A DNA stretch of 64,000 nt from Eledone cirrhosa (GCA_964016885.1 OZ024750.1:21204001-21268000), one strand, 5' to 3'. Shown: positions 26,269 to 40,348, numbered from the stretch's first letter. Numbers and translations are program-made. Notes: generated by a model not told the origin, from the letters alone.

Positions 26269-29263
26269 AGGAGGGAGAATTAACTCCTTGGTCTAGAGAA
26301 TAGAGGTTTTGTATTTGGGTGGGTACTGGGCTGTTATTGGTCGATGGTAATCTTAAGCTCAAAGCAAGCCATGATGAGCAGTCCTATACTAAAAGACATT
26401 CCAGACGTCTATCTTACCTAATGTGTGATACTCTTCTACTGTCTAATATATAAGAATATGAGGGAGCCTTAGTTGCTATTAAGAGACTGCGTCGTTATAT
26501 GTCGCGTTTAAGAAAGCTGGTCAGTAAATCGAAGCATAACTCATTGGGTTATTTAAAATTTAGTCGATGTAGCTTATTGTATCTAGGCACAAGGTATGTA
26601 TTAGATATATAGCAGTAAAATCAATTATTGACGGCCTACATTGTAAATTAAACACTGTAGCTAACAAATTATCTTTCAGCAACATGAACATATCAGTAAG
26701 TTCATTTAGCTGAACAGTCGATCTCAGTAATAAATGACGTGGTCAAGAGTTCTTACATTGCATTAAATTCATTTCCTATTTAAGGTTTCGTAAAGATATA
26801 TAACACACCATACCTATTTGTAATGGAAGAGTCTGTCGGTTTTGATGACAACATCCTGATCAGGAAATTAACGTATTAGTGGCGGGTCATTCTGCGGGCA
26901 TGTTCACCCTTAACTGAATTCTTAAGGGAGTTCAGAGTTATGCGTAATGTCATATCCTTGGCCACTTGAATTAAAAGTGCAATCAATCCGTCAGGCTTCC
27001 AAACAGTTTCCGCTTAACCAATTTCACTCGCAAGTCTTCGCACGACTCGAAGATAAGGTAAATGACACACCCTTGGATCGGGCCTTGGACCTGATGAGTC
27101 CAACGCAACTTTCTTACACCTGTTGACATGCTGTGTTCTCTATCCCTACATAATGTTGTAATATATACGCAAGAAAGAAGTCGCATGACTTAAAATTTAG
27201 GATGTTTGGGGCTCATGAACATAAGACTGTGAGTTCGATTCGCAGTAACACGTTGTGTTCTTCAGCAACTCCATATATTTCACAAACACCAGTCCATACA
27301 TCTAATTGCATTCATATGCAAATCTCGTAAGCCAACTTCGAAGGTGCATGTCACAGAAGATTTCTCGGATTCTCTAATAATAGGCTTCTAGTTCTTTAAT
27401 AAAGAACAACGTGAAATAAACGAACTTGTTCAAGAACACGTCGCGTCACCCTTTTCAGTGATATAATCCACGAAGTTTTTATAATACGCACTACACTATT
27501 CGCTAGGACAGAAGCGTCTAGTGGGGACGGACATAGCAAGGTAATACATCCAAATCATTCTCTAAAGTTTCGATCCCATTTGATTTGTATTCATGATATC
27601 GGTTTCATATTTTCACCATCTTATTATATCAAATATCTTCAAACATAGTAAAGACAAACGATTTTGCAACTGGCTGTTGGGTATCTATTTGTAGTTGAAG
27701 TTCTTTGTCTCGATCCTACTTTATTACTGCTAAATAAGTTTTTGAAACTAACGTCATTTTTTATATTAATTCTTGTCTTGTTCTCTTGTTTGCCTCAGTT
27801 ATACCCTTGAGCATGTATTGTTTTATTTTTTTTTATATCTTGACAACACTAAATCATGAAAATCTACGAAAAAAAAAAAGAATGTAAAAACAAAATTTGA
27901 ATGGATGATACTAACAATGTAAAACAGAAGGAAAGAAAGAATCTATTTTTTTCTTCTTTGAAATAATTTACTGTCTGATGTAGAATTGTCAGCTTCTTAA
28001 ATTCACTTTTAAAAATACTATTTATGGCCGTATAAATATTTTATGGCACAAATCTAGTCACTCGTTATGAGAACAAAACATTATTTTTGGGACGTGGAAA
28101 TAAATTATTAATATTAATCTGTAAAGTCTATAAGTTCCGTGTCTTCTTTATTCGCCTTTTTATGGCTTCTATCTGATAGTTATCACATAATTATTCTTGT
28201 TTATTAACTCGAAAACTACTTTTTAACCGATAGTTATATTAGAACGGAAATATCTATGAAATGCTAATTTGAAATTTGAAATTTTGAATTATTTTTCTAC
28301 TACCTAAACATAATTGAAATCAATGTCAATAATGCATTCATTTTATTATTTACGAAATGTCAGTTAGTAGCAGAGACTATAAAACACCGAAGTCATTGCT
28401 TTTTATTTATTTACAATTGCTAACTGTCTCCAGTTTCGAATTTTTTCAATGTCGTCTGCGGCGCGTTGCTATTACAACACCGACATTAATAGGAACAATA
28501 CATATTTGTTATTTTGTATTGTTAGGATGTAGCATATACTATAAAACATCGACGCCGTTGATTTTCATTATATACTTTTGCCAAACTACCTCCTGGTTTC
28601 GAATCCTGCCGAATTCAATTATAACTGTTTATTGCATTTGATCCGGGTACGATACCATACCCCAACCCATACAGCATGGTTGAAAAAGGATTTTTTTACA
28701 TTTCCCAGTATTCCTGTGGTCCACTCCCAACATAATATATATAACGTAATATTTTGAAATAATTCAAAAGTTATTATAGCCTCGTGATTGAAACATGCTC
28801 CTCTTAAAAATATTTTTTGTTAAGCCCTTACTTCTAATTTTTGGTGTGCTTAAAATGAAAGGAGTCTTGTTATATTTCAATTTTAGTTTCCCAGGAACAA
28901 CCGTCATCCATCTTAAACGCAGTAAACTGAGACATGAAAAGCAAAATATTTAGAATGCAAAAAATGTAATAGTTTTATTGATTTATGTTACAAACTGATA
29001 ACGTCACGCACATGAGAAAATCTAACAAAGAAAAATATCCGATAGTTTTAGTAAAGGCTAACACCAAGTTGTTAAATGCTGCATAAAATTCAGAGGGAAT
29101 GCTAAAACACGCATCCAAAGGATTTTGTTACGACAATCTTGGATACATACAAGTTATTGCATCAATGGCGCTTTAAACGATATGTGCAGTTAAACTATAT
29201 ACTACAGATCATATATGTTTGATGGGAATTCACACACACACACATACACATACACACACACAT

Positions 29264-29318
<55 letters not shown>

Positions 29319-30609
29319 GGATTTAGGGTTACTGTTTCCCAGCATGTCTGTACGAGTTTAGAATAATCGCAGGCATATAAGTAACGATGATGTAGAAGTG
29401 TCAAAAATACTCTACACCATGTACCTGTTTCCACAGTTCGAACTATCAATTTACATTAGTTGCCACTGTAGAGCATATATGCTATTAGGCTTTGCTTTTC
29501 TCATTTATGCGCACACAATAGTGGTTTGTTGTTCGATCTTCAAAATTATGGCTCAATATCGTGTATTAAAAACATTTGCATTATCTACGGATCGGTGCAA
29601 ATGCGATTTCATTTGTTGTTGATTTCTAAGCAAGTATATGAAGGAACCTAATTTCTAATCTATATATAGACTTTATAGAGTCCCTTCATTTAGAAAACAT
29701 AATTATTAGATTTATTATGGATGGATTGGTTTCCTCGATAACAATTTTTGTTCAGATAATCTATATCTTTCCTCACTATTTTAGCAATAGAAACACCATT
29801 CAAAATCTGCTGATATAAGACATAATTGGAATCCCAATGTCTGGAGACTAAATATCATGAACGATTTACCGATGAACGTCGAAGTAACATTTAAAATCGG
29901 TCACGTAAGATACTGATATTGGTGATAATTTAGTTCAATTTGCCTTGTCGATCTTAATGATTTAATAACGTGGCTGAATTTATCTGCTAAAATAATATGT
30001 ACGCATGTAATCGTACACAAGCCGCACATGTCTCATTCAATATACACAGACAACGGTATACATAGTCTGTACATTACAAGAATCATGTTCTACATTATAT
30101 AAGCATTTAAAAATCATTTTTTGGAGGCTATAGCAATATAAATAAACATTAGGTATTAGAAATAACAATAATAAAGTTGGTAAAATGTTAGCTTGCAAAT
30201 ATTTAAATAGGCCATTATATTTTTTGAAATATCCTCTTGTCAAAAGATGTAAAGAACTAAAAGAATACGAATATTTATTGTATTTAACGCAAGAAATAGG
30301 AATTTTAATGAAACGCTTTATTTAAAGTGACAACGTTTTGAGACATTAAAGCTATAATTTGATAGCAGAAACAAGATGTATTAATTTGATAAAGTCTAAA
30401 CTTGATACAGTTGTCTATTTGAAGCAAACGGAAATAATTCCTTTGATAGAAGGATTACATGTATAAAGCGAAAAAAGAACGTTCCTGACCAGATGCAGTG
30501 AATATAGTAAATCTTATGTAAATATAAACACACACACACACACACATGCCTATATATATGTGTGTGTGTGTGTGTTCCTAGGGTGTGTGTGAGTGTGGTT
30601 CTGTCTGTG

Positions 30610-30646
<37 letters not shown>

Positions 30647-30681
30647 ACACACACACACATAGACACATATATATATATATA

Positions 30682-30983
30682 TAACGAAGGAAATGTGGTA
30701 AATAACCACATGGACCATAACGCACTAAAGTACTCAATACTAGGGTTGTAGAGTGGGTAATAGGAACGAGTAGGACCCCGACGGCTGAGCTCAAGCCGTT
30801 TCGACGGCGAATTCTGGACTAAATGAATTTGACCAATCCTTGTGTCAATCACTTTTACCATATATGGAATATTACTCCCTGAGAAGCTCGGCTATTCATT
30901 TACCAGGATAAAAAATGTCGTTTAGTCCAGAATTAGCCGTCGAAACGGCTTGAACTCAGCCGTCGGGCTCCTACTCGTTCCTA
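30682..30983. mobile_element. Most complete family P1 element: long minus arm plus shorter inverted plus arm in (TA)n
   Basis: 30761-30823 is the reverse complement of 30921-30983. It shares sequence with 748-840 and 18596-18750. Confidence 0.85.
30874..30969 (+). ncRNA. Type I hammerhead ribozyme-like motif with a variant core
   Basis: Stem I ACTCC/GGGCT (GGGGT in the other copies); CTGAGAAG, one base off CTGANGA; stem II CGGCTA.TTC...GAATTAGCCG; GAAA; 6-bp stem III ACGGCT/AGCCGT; GUC triplet ending at 30964. Confidence 0.6.
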
Positions 30984-31603
30984 TATATATATATACGTAT
31001 ATATGATTATATTGTGATTATATTGTTTTCTCCTATGGAGACTGTCACCGCGTGTATGTATTTTAATATTTAAATCAATTGCTGGTGCAATACCAGATAG
31101 ATCTGGTATGTTGTTACATATTCAGCGTTCATTTTACGGAAAACCTTTCATTGAATTAAACCTATCCCAATAGATGATCGAACTTGATGACCGTAAATCT
31201 CAAACCTATCTATGAACAGGAGGTTGTCACTTGGTATATGTGTAGGAATATATTGCAGCGACAATCACTTTAAATAAATATCATTAGTTAGTTTTGACGT
31301 AAATTAACTCGAAATGAGTTTTAGAGTAAATAATTATTGTTCGTAAAAAATAACAATTTAGCTAATATTACTGAAATTGAAAGAATCCAAAAAAAATACT
31401 AATAAAAATGAAAGTAGAGCAACTACACACACACGTACATATAAAAGATACATAACTATAACATATGCGCATATATACATGTAATCATTTTATGTATGTA
31501 TATATAATACTTATATAAGAGTAGAATATATATATACATGTGTATATATATATTCTATATATATATATATATGTGTGTATATATACATGTATATATATAC
31601 ATG

Positions 31604-31662
<59 letters not shown>

Positions 31663-32067
31663 GTACGTATCTACATGTATATATATATATATATATGTAT
31701 ATGTACATGTATGTATATATATATATATGTACATGTATGTATATATGTATGTATATGTATGTATGTATATATCTGCATATATACGTATGTATGTGTATAT
31801 ATATGTGTATATATATATATATGTACATGTATATATATATATATATATGTATATGTATGTACGTATGTACATGATTGTATATGCATGTATATATATGTAT
31901 ATATACGTATGTATATATATATATGTATATATACGTATATATGTATATATATATATGTATATATACGTATGTATGTATATATATGTATATACTTATGTAT
32001 GTATATATATATATGTATATATACGTATGTATGTATATATATGTATATATACGTATGTATATATATT

Positions 32068-32231
32068 GTGAAGGCGTGTGGCTGTGTGGTTAGAGAATCG
32101 AACTCACACTCTTGAGATTGTGAGTTCGATTCCTGGACCGGGCGATGCGTTATGTCCTTGAGCAAGACACTTTATTTCACGTTGCTCCTTCTACCTGGAG
32201 TTGCGACCGATAGATAGTACTAGCAACTGGA
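32068..32231 (+). mobile_element. Family B SINE lacking its normal 3' tail
   Basis: Matches the 5016 copy up to TAGCAACTGGA, then switches to unrelated sequence. Confidence 0.85.
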
Positions 32232-32260
32232 TATGTCAGGTCACCAGTTGGTGCTACTGG

Positions 32261-32700
32261 TAACATGTATCCCAGTACAACCTGTCTCATGGTCGGGTCG
32301 TTGGCGACTAAACTGGCAACCCCACCAAGGTTTCTTGGTGAGGAGGGTGACTTTGGACATCCCGCAGGACTAAAAACAAAACCTGTCAAAGGGCAAGGGA
32401 GCTCTTAAGACTCAATAGCCATCCAAAATCACCGGGAGAGATGACCCCTTAGCCTTTGTCAAGGCAGAATTCTAGGAGAAGGAACACTCTGATATAACAC
32501 CTGCAACCCTGATGGTATCCAATGATGTTGACTTGTTCTTCTTTTTGGTAAATATCATCTTGGTTAAGAGAGTGGGACTGGCTTTGTGCAGTGCCTTTGC
32601 TCACTATAAAAGCTTCACAGCACAGGCATTGCTTTATATCTGGAGATCTCTCTGCACTTGTCATCACATGGTATCATGGGCCCTGCACTATGTGTCAATA
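32261..32700 (+). mobile_element. RTE-group retrotransposon 5' UTR-like segment
   Basis: Colinear with 48230-48717 (-). It contains CTAGGAGAAGGAACACTCTGA, resembling a motif I recall from RTE 5' UTRs; the clade assignment is inference. Confidence 0.55.
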
Positions 32701-33079
32701 ATGGTCACAAGTGTAGTCTTTGTACCAGAGTTTTCAAGTCGCTGGCTGGACTAAAAAGTCACATTCGTTCAGCGCATCGGTAGGGGTTCTCCTACATGGA
32801 TATAAAGTAGTGGCCGTACTCGAAAACGAGTTGGCAGCCACCATATACGTATGTATATATATGTATATATACGTATGTATGTATATATATGTATATATAC
32901 GTATGTATTTATATATATATGTATATATATGTATATGTGTGTATATATATATATGTATGTATGTATATGTGTGTATATATATATATGTATGTATATATAT
33001 GTGTGTATGTATATATATATGTGTATGTATATATGTATGTGTATATATGTATGTGTATGTATGTATATATATATGTATG

Positions 33080-33112
<33 letters not shown>

Positions 33113-33117
33113 GTATG

Positions 33118-33153
<36 letters not shown>

Positions 33154-34315
33154 TATATGCATGTATGTATATGAATGCATGTATGTATGAATATGTGTGT
33201 ATGAATGTGCATGTATATGTACATATACATATAAACAGAATAGAAATGATAAAAAAGAATTTAAGAATAACACAACAAAGTAAACAAAACTATATTCACA
33301 TTTGATTGCTTCGTTTCAAGATAGATTTCTCGATTACTTGTTTTTTTATTTATCTCTATTCGCTCTCCAATTTAAAAGGTGTGTTTAGTTGCAATGTAAA
33401 AATACACGAGCACAAATATTACTTCAGTGTTTTTAAAATTTCCATGATAAACATATACATAATACTTATTTAATAGATTAAAAAATAATGGCGATGATGC
33501 TGATGAGGATAGCAATAATAGTAATAATAATAAACTGCTATGTATAGAAAAGTATATTTTGTTAAATACTTATTTTCTATTATTTTACTTACACACACGC
33601 ACATAAACATATATGGAATACATAAAATATATTTAATGTGTATATATTCATGTGTTACTATATACGTATATTTTCGTACAATCACAGGTTTACAGAACAC
33701 ACACATAATATATATTGCATTTATATATACATTTCTTTCTCTGTCTCTCTCTGTCTCTCTTTCTCTCTCCACACACAGACACACACACACATATATATTT
33801 ATATATGTGTGTCGCTTTTATATTTAAATATCTCTGTCTCTATAATATATATATATATATATATATATACATATTCACATAGGATGCAGACACAAGTATA
33901 TACGCACAAAGATATATATTTGCGAATGTGTGTGCGTATTCGTGCGTTAGCTTTTCCTCAAAATGAAAAATATTAAACTATATTTGAGCAGTGCTGGCCA
34001 GAGAGTTATATAAGAAAGTAATTAGTTTCCGGAGTAGACTTGGCAATTATGGTTGTGTTAGGTCACACTAATGTTTTTATTTGGAAACTTCATATTCCAC
34101 TGAAGCGACTCTTGAAATTAAATGGTGCAAAAACTAATAAACAGCTAACAAAAGAGACAACATAAATGTGTATATATATATATATATGACAAATTAAATA
34201 GGTATACACGCACAATATATATTTTATATGGATACACATCCCCTATATACACACACACTTTTAGATAAATATTAGAGGGAATTTCATAGAAACTTATATT
34301 TAAGGCATATATTAT

Positions 34316-34374
<59 letters not shown>

Positions 34375-34552
34375 GAGAGAGTGTGAGGGGAGAGATTTTA
34401 TAGATGTTTAGCAAACTATCATTTTACGTTAGATATAAATATTTAATATATAATTTCTGACTGGATAATATATTTTGTCGACTTATACTACTGCTACTAC
34501 AACTCTTGGTTGTTCTATAGTTCTTGCAGCCCCCCCCCCCCCATAATATAAA

Positions 34553-35092
34553 TAATTGTTTCTACTTTTGTCACATGGCCAGCAAATACCCCAGTGCATT
34601 ACTGGTGCTTTATTTTATCGACTCCGTAAGGATGAAAGGCAAAGTTAACCTCGGTTTAGGGCCATAAATCTATGCTGCAAAGCAAGGTTTCTGACTCTCT
34701 TCCGATACTGCCATCTTATAATAATTAGATGGGGAGTGGGGAAGAAACAACCATATCATCTGGCTTCACATTCTTAGCCGAAACATGTATATCCACTGAT
34801 ATGATAGAATTTAGATATGCATATACTGATGTTTACGCCAACACGACACAATATCAACAAACAAATAGAAGCTACAAACACACACCAAAAACTCTTTCTG
34901 ACGACTACTATAGTTTAGGATATGCCAATACACACAGACAAATCAACACCAAAGACTTACAGCTCTTTATGGTCTGAGTTCAAATCCTGCTGAGGTTAAC
35001 CCTTGCCTTTCATCCTTACGGGGTCGATAAAATAAAGTACCAGTGATACACTGGGATAATTGCTAGCCTTGTGCCAAAAGTAGAAACAATTA
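34553..35092. mobile_element. Divergent pair of family A SINEs (34553-34713 minus; 34955-35092 plus)
   Basis: Both carry the Nin/Deu-type motif and tail, in opposite orientations. Confidence 0.85.
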
Positions 35093-35686
35093 TAATAAAA
35101 AAGCACAAATGAAAACGTACTTCTGATTGATATATTAATCACCGCAGATGATAATAAACGTATTCTCTGGTTGACGCGTGTGTTCTGGGTGGCCCATATC
35201 TCTGGAATGACACGTAAGCAATGGCAATCGCAGTGATAATCCTACTCTAGAAAAAAGTAGAAAATATTTGAAAATACTATTATGTAGAGAATCAATTATT
35301 TTCGTATTTATGTATATTTTAATGCTTCTTTGTATTATATTAGGTGGCTATTTGGAAGTGGCCAGTTTTGTGGAGGGGTTTTTCCAGATCTCTGTGCTCT
35401 GAGTTCAAATATCATCAAGTCAACTTCACGTTTCATTCTTTCGAGCTTGATGAATTATATGTTTAATACTGATGGCAATTTGTCTGCTATACTGGTTTCT
35501 CTATCTTTGCCTTTATAAATGGATGAAACGTGTGCGAGTTAACATGTTCGCTTTGAAATCATATAAGCTTCTTATCTTCGGCAAATAACTTGGAATATAA
35601 GAACCGGTTCGCCCCCAAACTAATGAGCTAAACTGAGTAGACGGATGCGTGACAGATGGAATGTGAATATAAAGTATGTATGTATG

Positions 35687-35732
<46 letters not shown>

Positions 35733-35924
35733 CCCGTAATTCCTGATAGAGTCGTAGGGGCGGTACGTCTTGGGCATATAAGCCTGGCGGGACTAATCCT
35801 TCTCCAGGAATATGAAGCATAAAAGCAGTGAAGTGTTGGGGGTAAATTCATCGAATTACAACTCACTTCAATTATCTGCCCTTGTGCCTTAATTAGAAAC
35901 AATTATTATTATTATGAACGGAAT

Positions 35925-36113
35925 GGTAGATTGGCAGTATCGGTAGAGGGTCAGACGCCATGCTTTGCTGCATTGAGTTATGCCCCTTTATGATCTGAGT
36001 TCAAATGCCGCCGAGGTTAACTTTGCATTTCATCCTTACGGGGGTCGATAAAATAAAGTACCAGTAATGCACTGGGTATTTGTTGGCCTTGTGCCTAAAG
36101 TAGAAACTGTTAT
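35925..36113 (+). mobile_element. Family A SINE, full length
   Basis: A box TGGCAGTATCGG, B box GAGTTCAAATGC, Nin/Deu-type motif, and an imperfect flanking duplication TTATTAT(G/A)AACGGAA. Confidence 0.88.
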
Positions 36114-36521
36114 TATAAACGGAAGGTCGATTACAATGACCTCAAGTACTTGACGGGAACTTTATTCTATCGAGCCCTTAATATATTACATGCAAATATT
36201 TCGCGATTGGAAGTCAAGATTCGAATCTATACGTTCTCACATTAGATCCCCTTAACGTCAGATTTGCCTTTCATTACTTCTCGGTCGATAAAATAGAGCA
36301 ACAGTCAAGTACCGAGGTCGATAGAGGTGACATGCCACTCCCTCCAAATGCTGGTTTGAGTCTTTTTTTTTTTTTTGCAATCTATTCTTATCATCATGAT
36401 TCTAAATGCTCATGTTAATGTTAATATTTTCTCATCCCTGTCATCATTGTTAACGGTTTAACATATAATACTTGTATGAACCTCATTCACACATGAAGTC
36501 TCATTATTATTATCACCAAGA

Positions 36522-36700
36522 TGGATTGGCAGTATCGGTAGAGGGTCGGACGCCATGCTTTCCAGCATAGTTACGTCCCTTTACGATCTGAGTTCAAATC
36601 CCGCCGAGGTTGACTTTGCCTTTCATCCTTACGGGGTCGATAAAATAAAGTACCAGTAATGCACTGGGTAATTGCTGGCCTTGTGCCTAAAGTAGAAACA
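36522..36700 (+). mobile_element. Family A SINE with a 19-bp target-site duplication
   Basis: ATTATTATTATCACCAAGA at 36503-36521 and 36701-36719; intact A and B boxes. Confidence 0.92.
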
Positions 36701-39399
36701 ATTATTATTATCACCAAGAGTAACATAAAACACACACAAACTCAACGCCCATAGATACCTCCACATACACATACACACACACACACTCTATGTATATATA
36801 TATATGAGAGAGAGAGAAAGAAAGAAGACTTGTGTTCTGAGGTTGAATTTGCAAATATTGCTTTCTTTATTTTGTGTAATTGGGAAGATTTGAACACAGA
36901 AATAGTATCTATTTTGTTACCGTTGTTGTCATTGTTGTTGTTGCAATTGTTGCTGCAAATGAATGCTGACGTGAAAAAAAAAGGGAGGCTACTGAAGGGA
37001 AACCGTCACGTTTGAAGAGAGTTTGAAAATTCACATTAAACAGTGTGTAGAGGGATGGGTGATCTCCGATATGATGCTACTGTGAATGGTGTTGTTGGTC
37101 GTGGTGTGGCTGGTATGGGTGGTAGTCGTGGTGATGATGATGGCGGCGGTTAGACCGGTAGTGATGGTGGTAGGGTTGCTGATAGTAACGTTGGCGATGA
37201 TGATGATGATAACATTATCTGTGTTGCTGATAATGATGTTGGAGCCATTGTTATGACGATAATGACGCAGGCGGCTAAAATAATAATCTTCTTCATAATG
37301 ATAATGGCATTAATGGAGTAACGGTAACGATAACGATGATGAGGTTAAGGGGTTGGTTGTGGTGCTGGGAAATATGAAGAAGGAGAGGGAGCAGTAGACC
37401 GCAGGAAGACATGGAAAGGATGCTTAATTAAAAGATGGCTCTTCATGCGAAAATAAATTTCTATGTTTCTGCCACTAATACGCACGTACACGTAGACATA
37501 CTTACATACATGTATGCACATACACACACACACACAAACACACGCGCACACACACATACACACCTACACATTTTTATATATATGAGAGAGAGAGAGATTC
37601 AACACATTGTCAAATACATACACACACATGGATATATATATTTATGTTATATATATACATGCATTACAACATATTCATATATATATGTAAAAGTATCACG
37701 ACTTGGCCATTGAAATACTATTATATACATATATGTATGTATGTGTGTGGGTGGGTGTAAACATGTGTATTTGCATGCCTGTATGGGTCAAGGTCTGTCT
37801 ATACATTATATGTAATACATGTATGCTGTTAATGTATTTCTTTTTTGTTATATATATGAATCTAAAATGATACATATTGAAACATATATGCTTTTAAACA
37901 GAAATAGAGAAACATTGAAAGGAGAATGATTTAAACAATGCTGTAATGAAGAGGTAGAATAGTCTAGACTCTGTCTGGATAGCTCAACAGCGCCCCTTGT
38001 TTAAGATTGTCTATTAGGAATTGATTTAAACTTACAAATCTTGAATTGTCCTAAAATTCTTAGCAGTTATGTTTCTCCACAGGGTTCTGTCTTCCGAATT
38101 TTAGATATGAAATTTTCTATCTTAATTCCCCCTTGGAATCTTTTATGCCTGGGAAGTTTAGAAAACTACTTCTTTTAGATTTATGTGTTTCTAGTTTCAA
38201 TTCTTAAGAAATAGAAGCATCTGTTCCCACAGTGAACAACACACGACAACGAACATGATAAATGTATGAATAGTTACCCTTTTCGCACAGCTCTCATTTA
38301 CACATCACCGGTCATATAAGCACTTCAATGTCTAGCCTCAGCCTACAGTATTGACTTTCTAAATGCTCCTACGTCTCAATATTTCGATTTATTAACAAAA
38401 ACAAATAAACTGTAACCACAACCTACTACAGGACCATCTAAACCTCAAGGCACACAAAACTTACCCCTCGATTCTCTCCTCTCATTTCCAGTTGTCACTC
38501 ATATTACATACAATTCAGTCCCAATCTTTACTTCTCAAAAGTACTTCCTAAATCCCAGCCCTGATCTTTATGTTCAGCGGTCGCCTTTATTTTTCCCGTG
38601 TTAACTTTGATAGCGCTTTTGAAAGCCATGTATACGTTTCCCTCTCCAGATTAAACCAACGGGAAAATATTGTGTTTGTTTGTGTGTTAATAATATAACC
38701 TTATTTTCTTTAAGAATACTTCACATTTGTCACGTTTTTAGATATCTTTAAAATATTTTAAAGCCAGTGAGTAAGGTATAAATATAAATTTGCAAGAAAA
38801 AATAGAGAAACATGTTTCCCCTCAAATATTGTGAGTGCAGAACAAATGTGAGGTTTATTGGCGAGAGATAGTTAGATTTAGAGGGAAAATATGCTCGTTC
38901 AGAGAACTGTCCTATTTTATATATTTCAGTTCTCTCATTTAATACAGTGATGAATTTTAACAAATGTTAATCCATATGAGGTTGTGTTAGTGACACATCG
39001 GTTGTTTGTTTATTGATTATTGATATTTTGTCTTAGTAACTACTAAACATGTTGCCATCATGCTCTGTTTGATTTGTTTATATATGTATGTGTGGAGATG
39101 AACGCTGGTTAGTCATCTAGACATGTCTGCAAACACGCCGATTTGATATTTTCAACTGTTCATCAATATATGTTCATAATTTTTTCTTATGTTTTCCTTG
39201 AAATTTACTTCAAACAATATAATTCTTAGATCTATGATCAGTATCCCTAGAAACCTATTTAGCAATCACAAACACGGGTAAACGATTCAGCAGTAAAGCA
39301 TGTATCTAACGGGGAAAAAATGTTAATCCTTGCGGTTTATGCCTAAATCATTCAATCACATTAACCTTACATACAATAAAGCTTTACTCAGTATTATTG

Positions 39400-39720
39400 A
39401 ATGGAAGAAACCTTCATCGGTTTCGAAGATGAGTATTCCAGTTGTATGATCAACCGAACTGTTTGCTCACGATGTTATGTATAAGTGACTGAGCCGTCCA
39501 CAGTCACGTGAACCCATAACGCAATTCACAGAGAGAATCTGCGTGACATGTAATGAAACAAGACCGGCCACCGGGCGACCTTCCAGATAGCTACCGTTTA
39601 CCCAATTTCACACACACATCGAAGTGTAACTATCCTAAATGACGTGTGCCCAATAGGCCGCAGAGTGGATTCGAAAGTAGGAGCAAACGATTGCGGAACG
39701 AACACATTAAACATGCTATG
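39400..39720 (-). mobile_element. Decayed SINE-like repeat (family C plus a degenerate tRNA-like head)
   Basis: Shares CCTTCATCGGTTT.GA.GATGA...GAAATTAACGTG-like blocks with 9145, 26825 and 59095. GGATTCGAA near 39667 resembles a reversed B box. Confidence 0.5.
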
Positions 39721-40266
39721 GTGGCAGTCCAGTTTATCGAAGACACTTTCCCACATGTCCATTTATGGGAGTGTATAGAACATCACAGCTGCGATGCGAA
39801 CATTTCAATCAGTTTCAACAAACTTGTATAACACTCAAAGCAAAAGGTTATACTCGATGTACCTGCTCGATTTTGATATACAAGATCTTACAGTGTAGTT
39901 TTCCAGGAATTCTATCAATTAAAAGCTTGTGCACAATTAGTAGACCTTGGTCAACCAAAGTTATGTGTTTTCGCCATGCAATGGCTTGATGAGAGGTTGG
40001 ACCTATCGGCACTTTAGCTTTTTTAGCTTTTAGCCCTGACACATTGTCTACACTATCATTGGTTGTATTTATTGAGCAACTAATAATGTCTTTGTGTCTA
40101 TTAATTCAACCAAAGTGCTCCATCCAATGTACTCTCCATTTTCAATTTACTACTATATAATATTATTCTGATTTCCATTCTTTCTCTCTTTCTCAATTCT
40201 CTCTCTCTCTCTCTCTCTCTCTCCTCTCTCCTTCTCTCTCTCTCTCTCTCTCTCTCTCTTATATAT

Positions 40267-40348
<82 letters not shown>

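Larger units (their letters stand above)
31520..33230. repeat. (TA)n/(TATG)n satellite block interrupted by a 775-bp insertion
   Basis: Directly visible repeats on both sides of 32068-32842. Confidence 0.9.

Noticed and set aside
35728-35815. GC-richer island beside (TA)n as an HDV-like ribozyme
   Set aside because: GCCCC/GGGGC pairing exists, but L3, P2 and the catalytic C strand could not be assigned.
37940-38600. Decayed CR1/L2-type LINE (PQGSV-like codons near 38075); similarly 7860-8280
   Set aside because: Only a few residues are recognisable, too little to call without a profile search.
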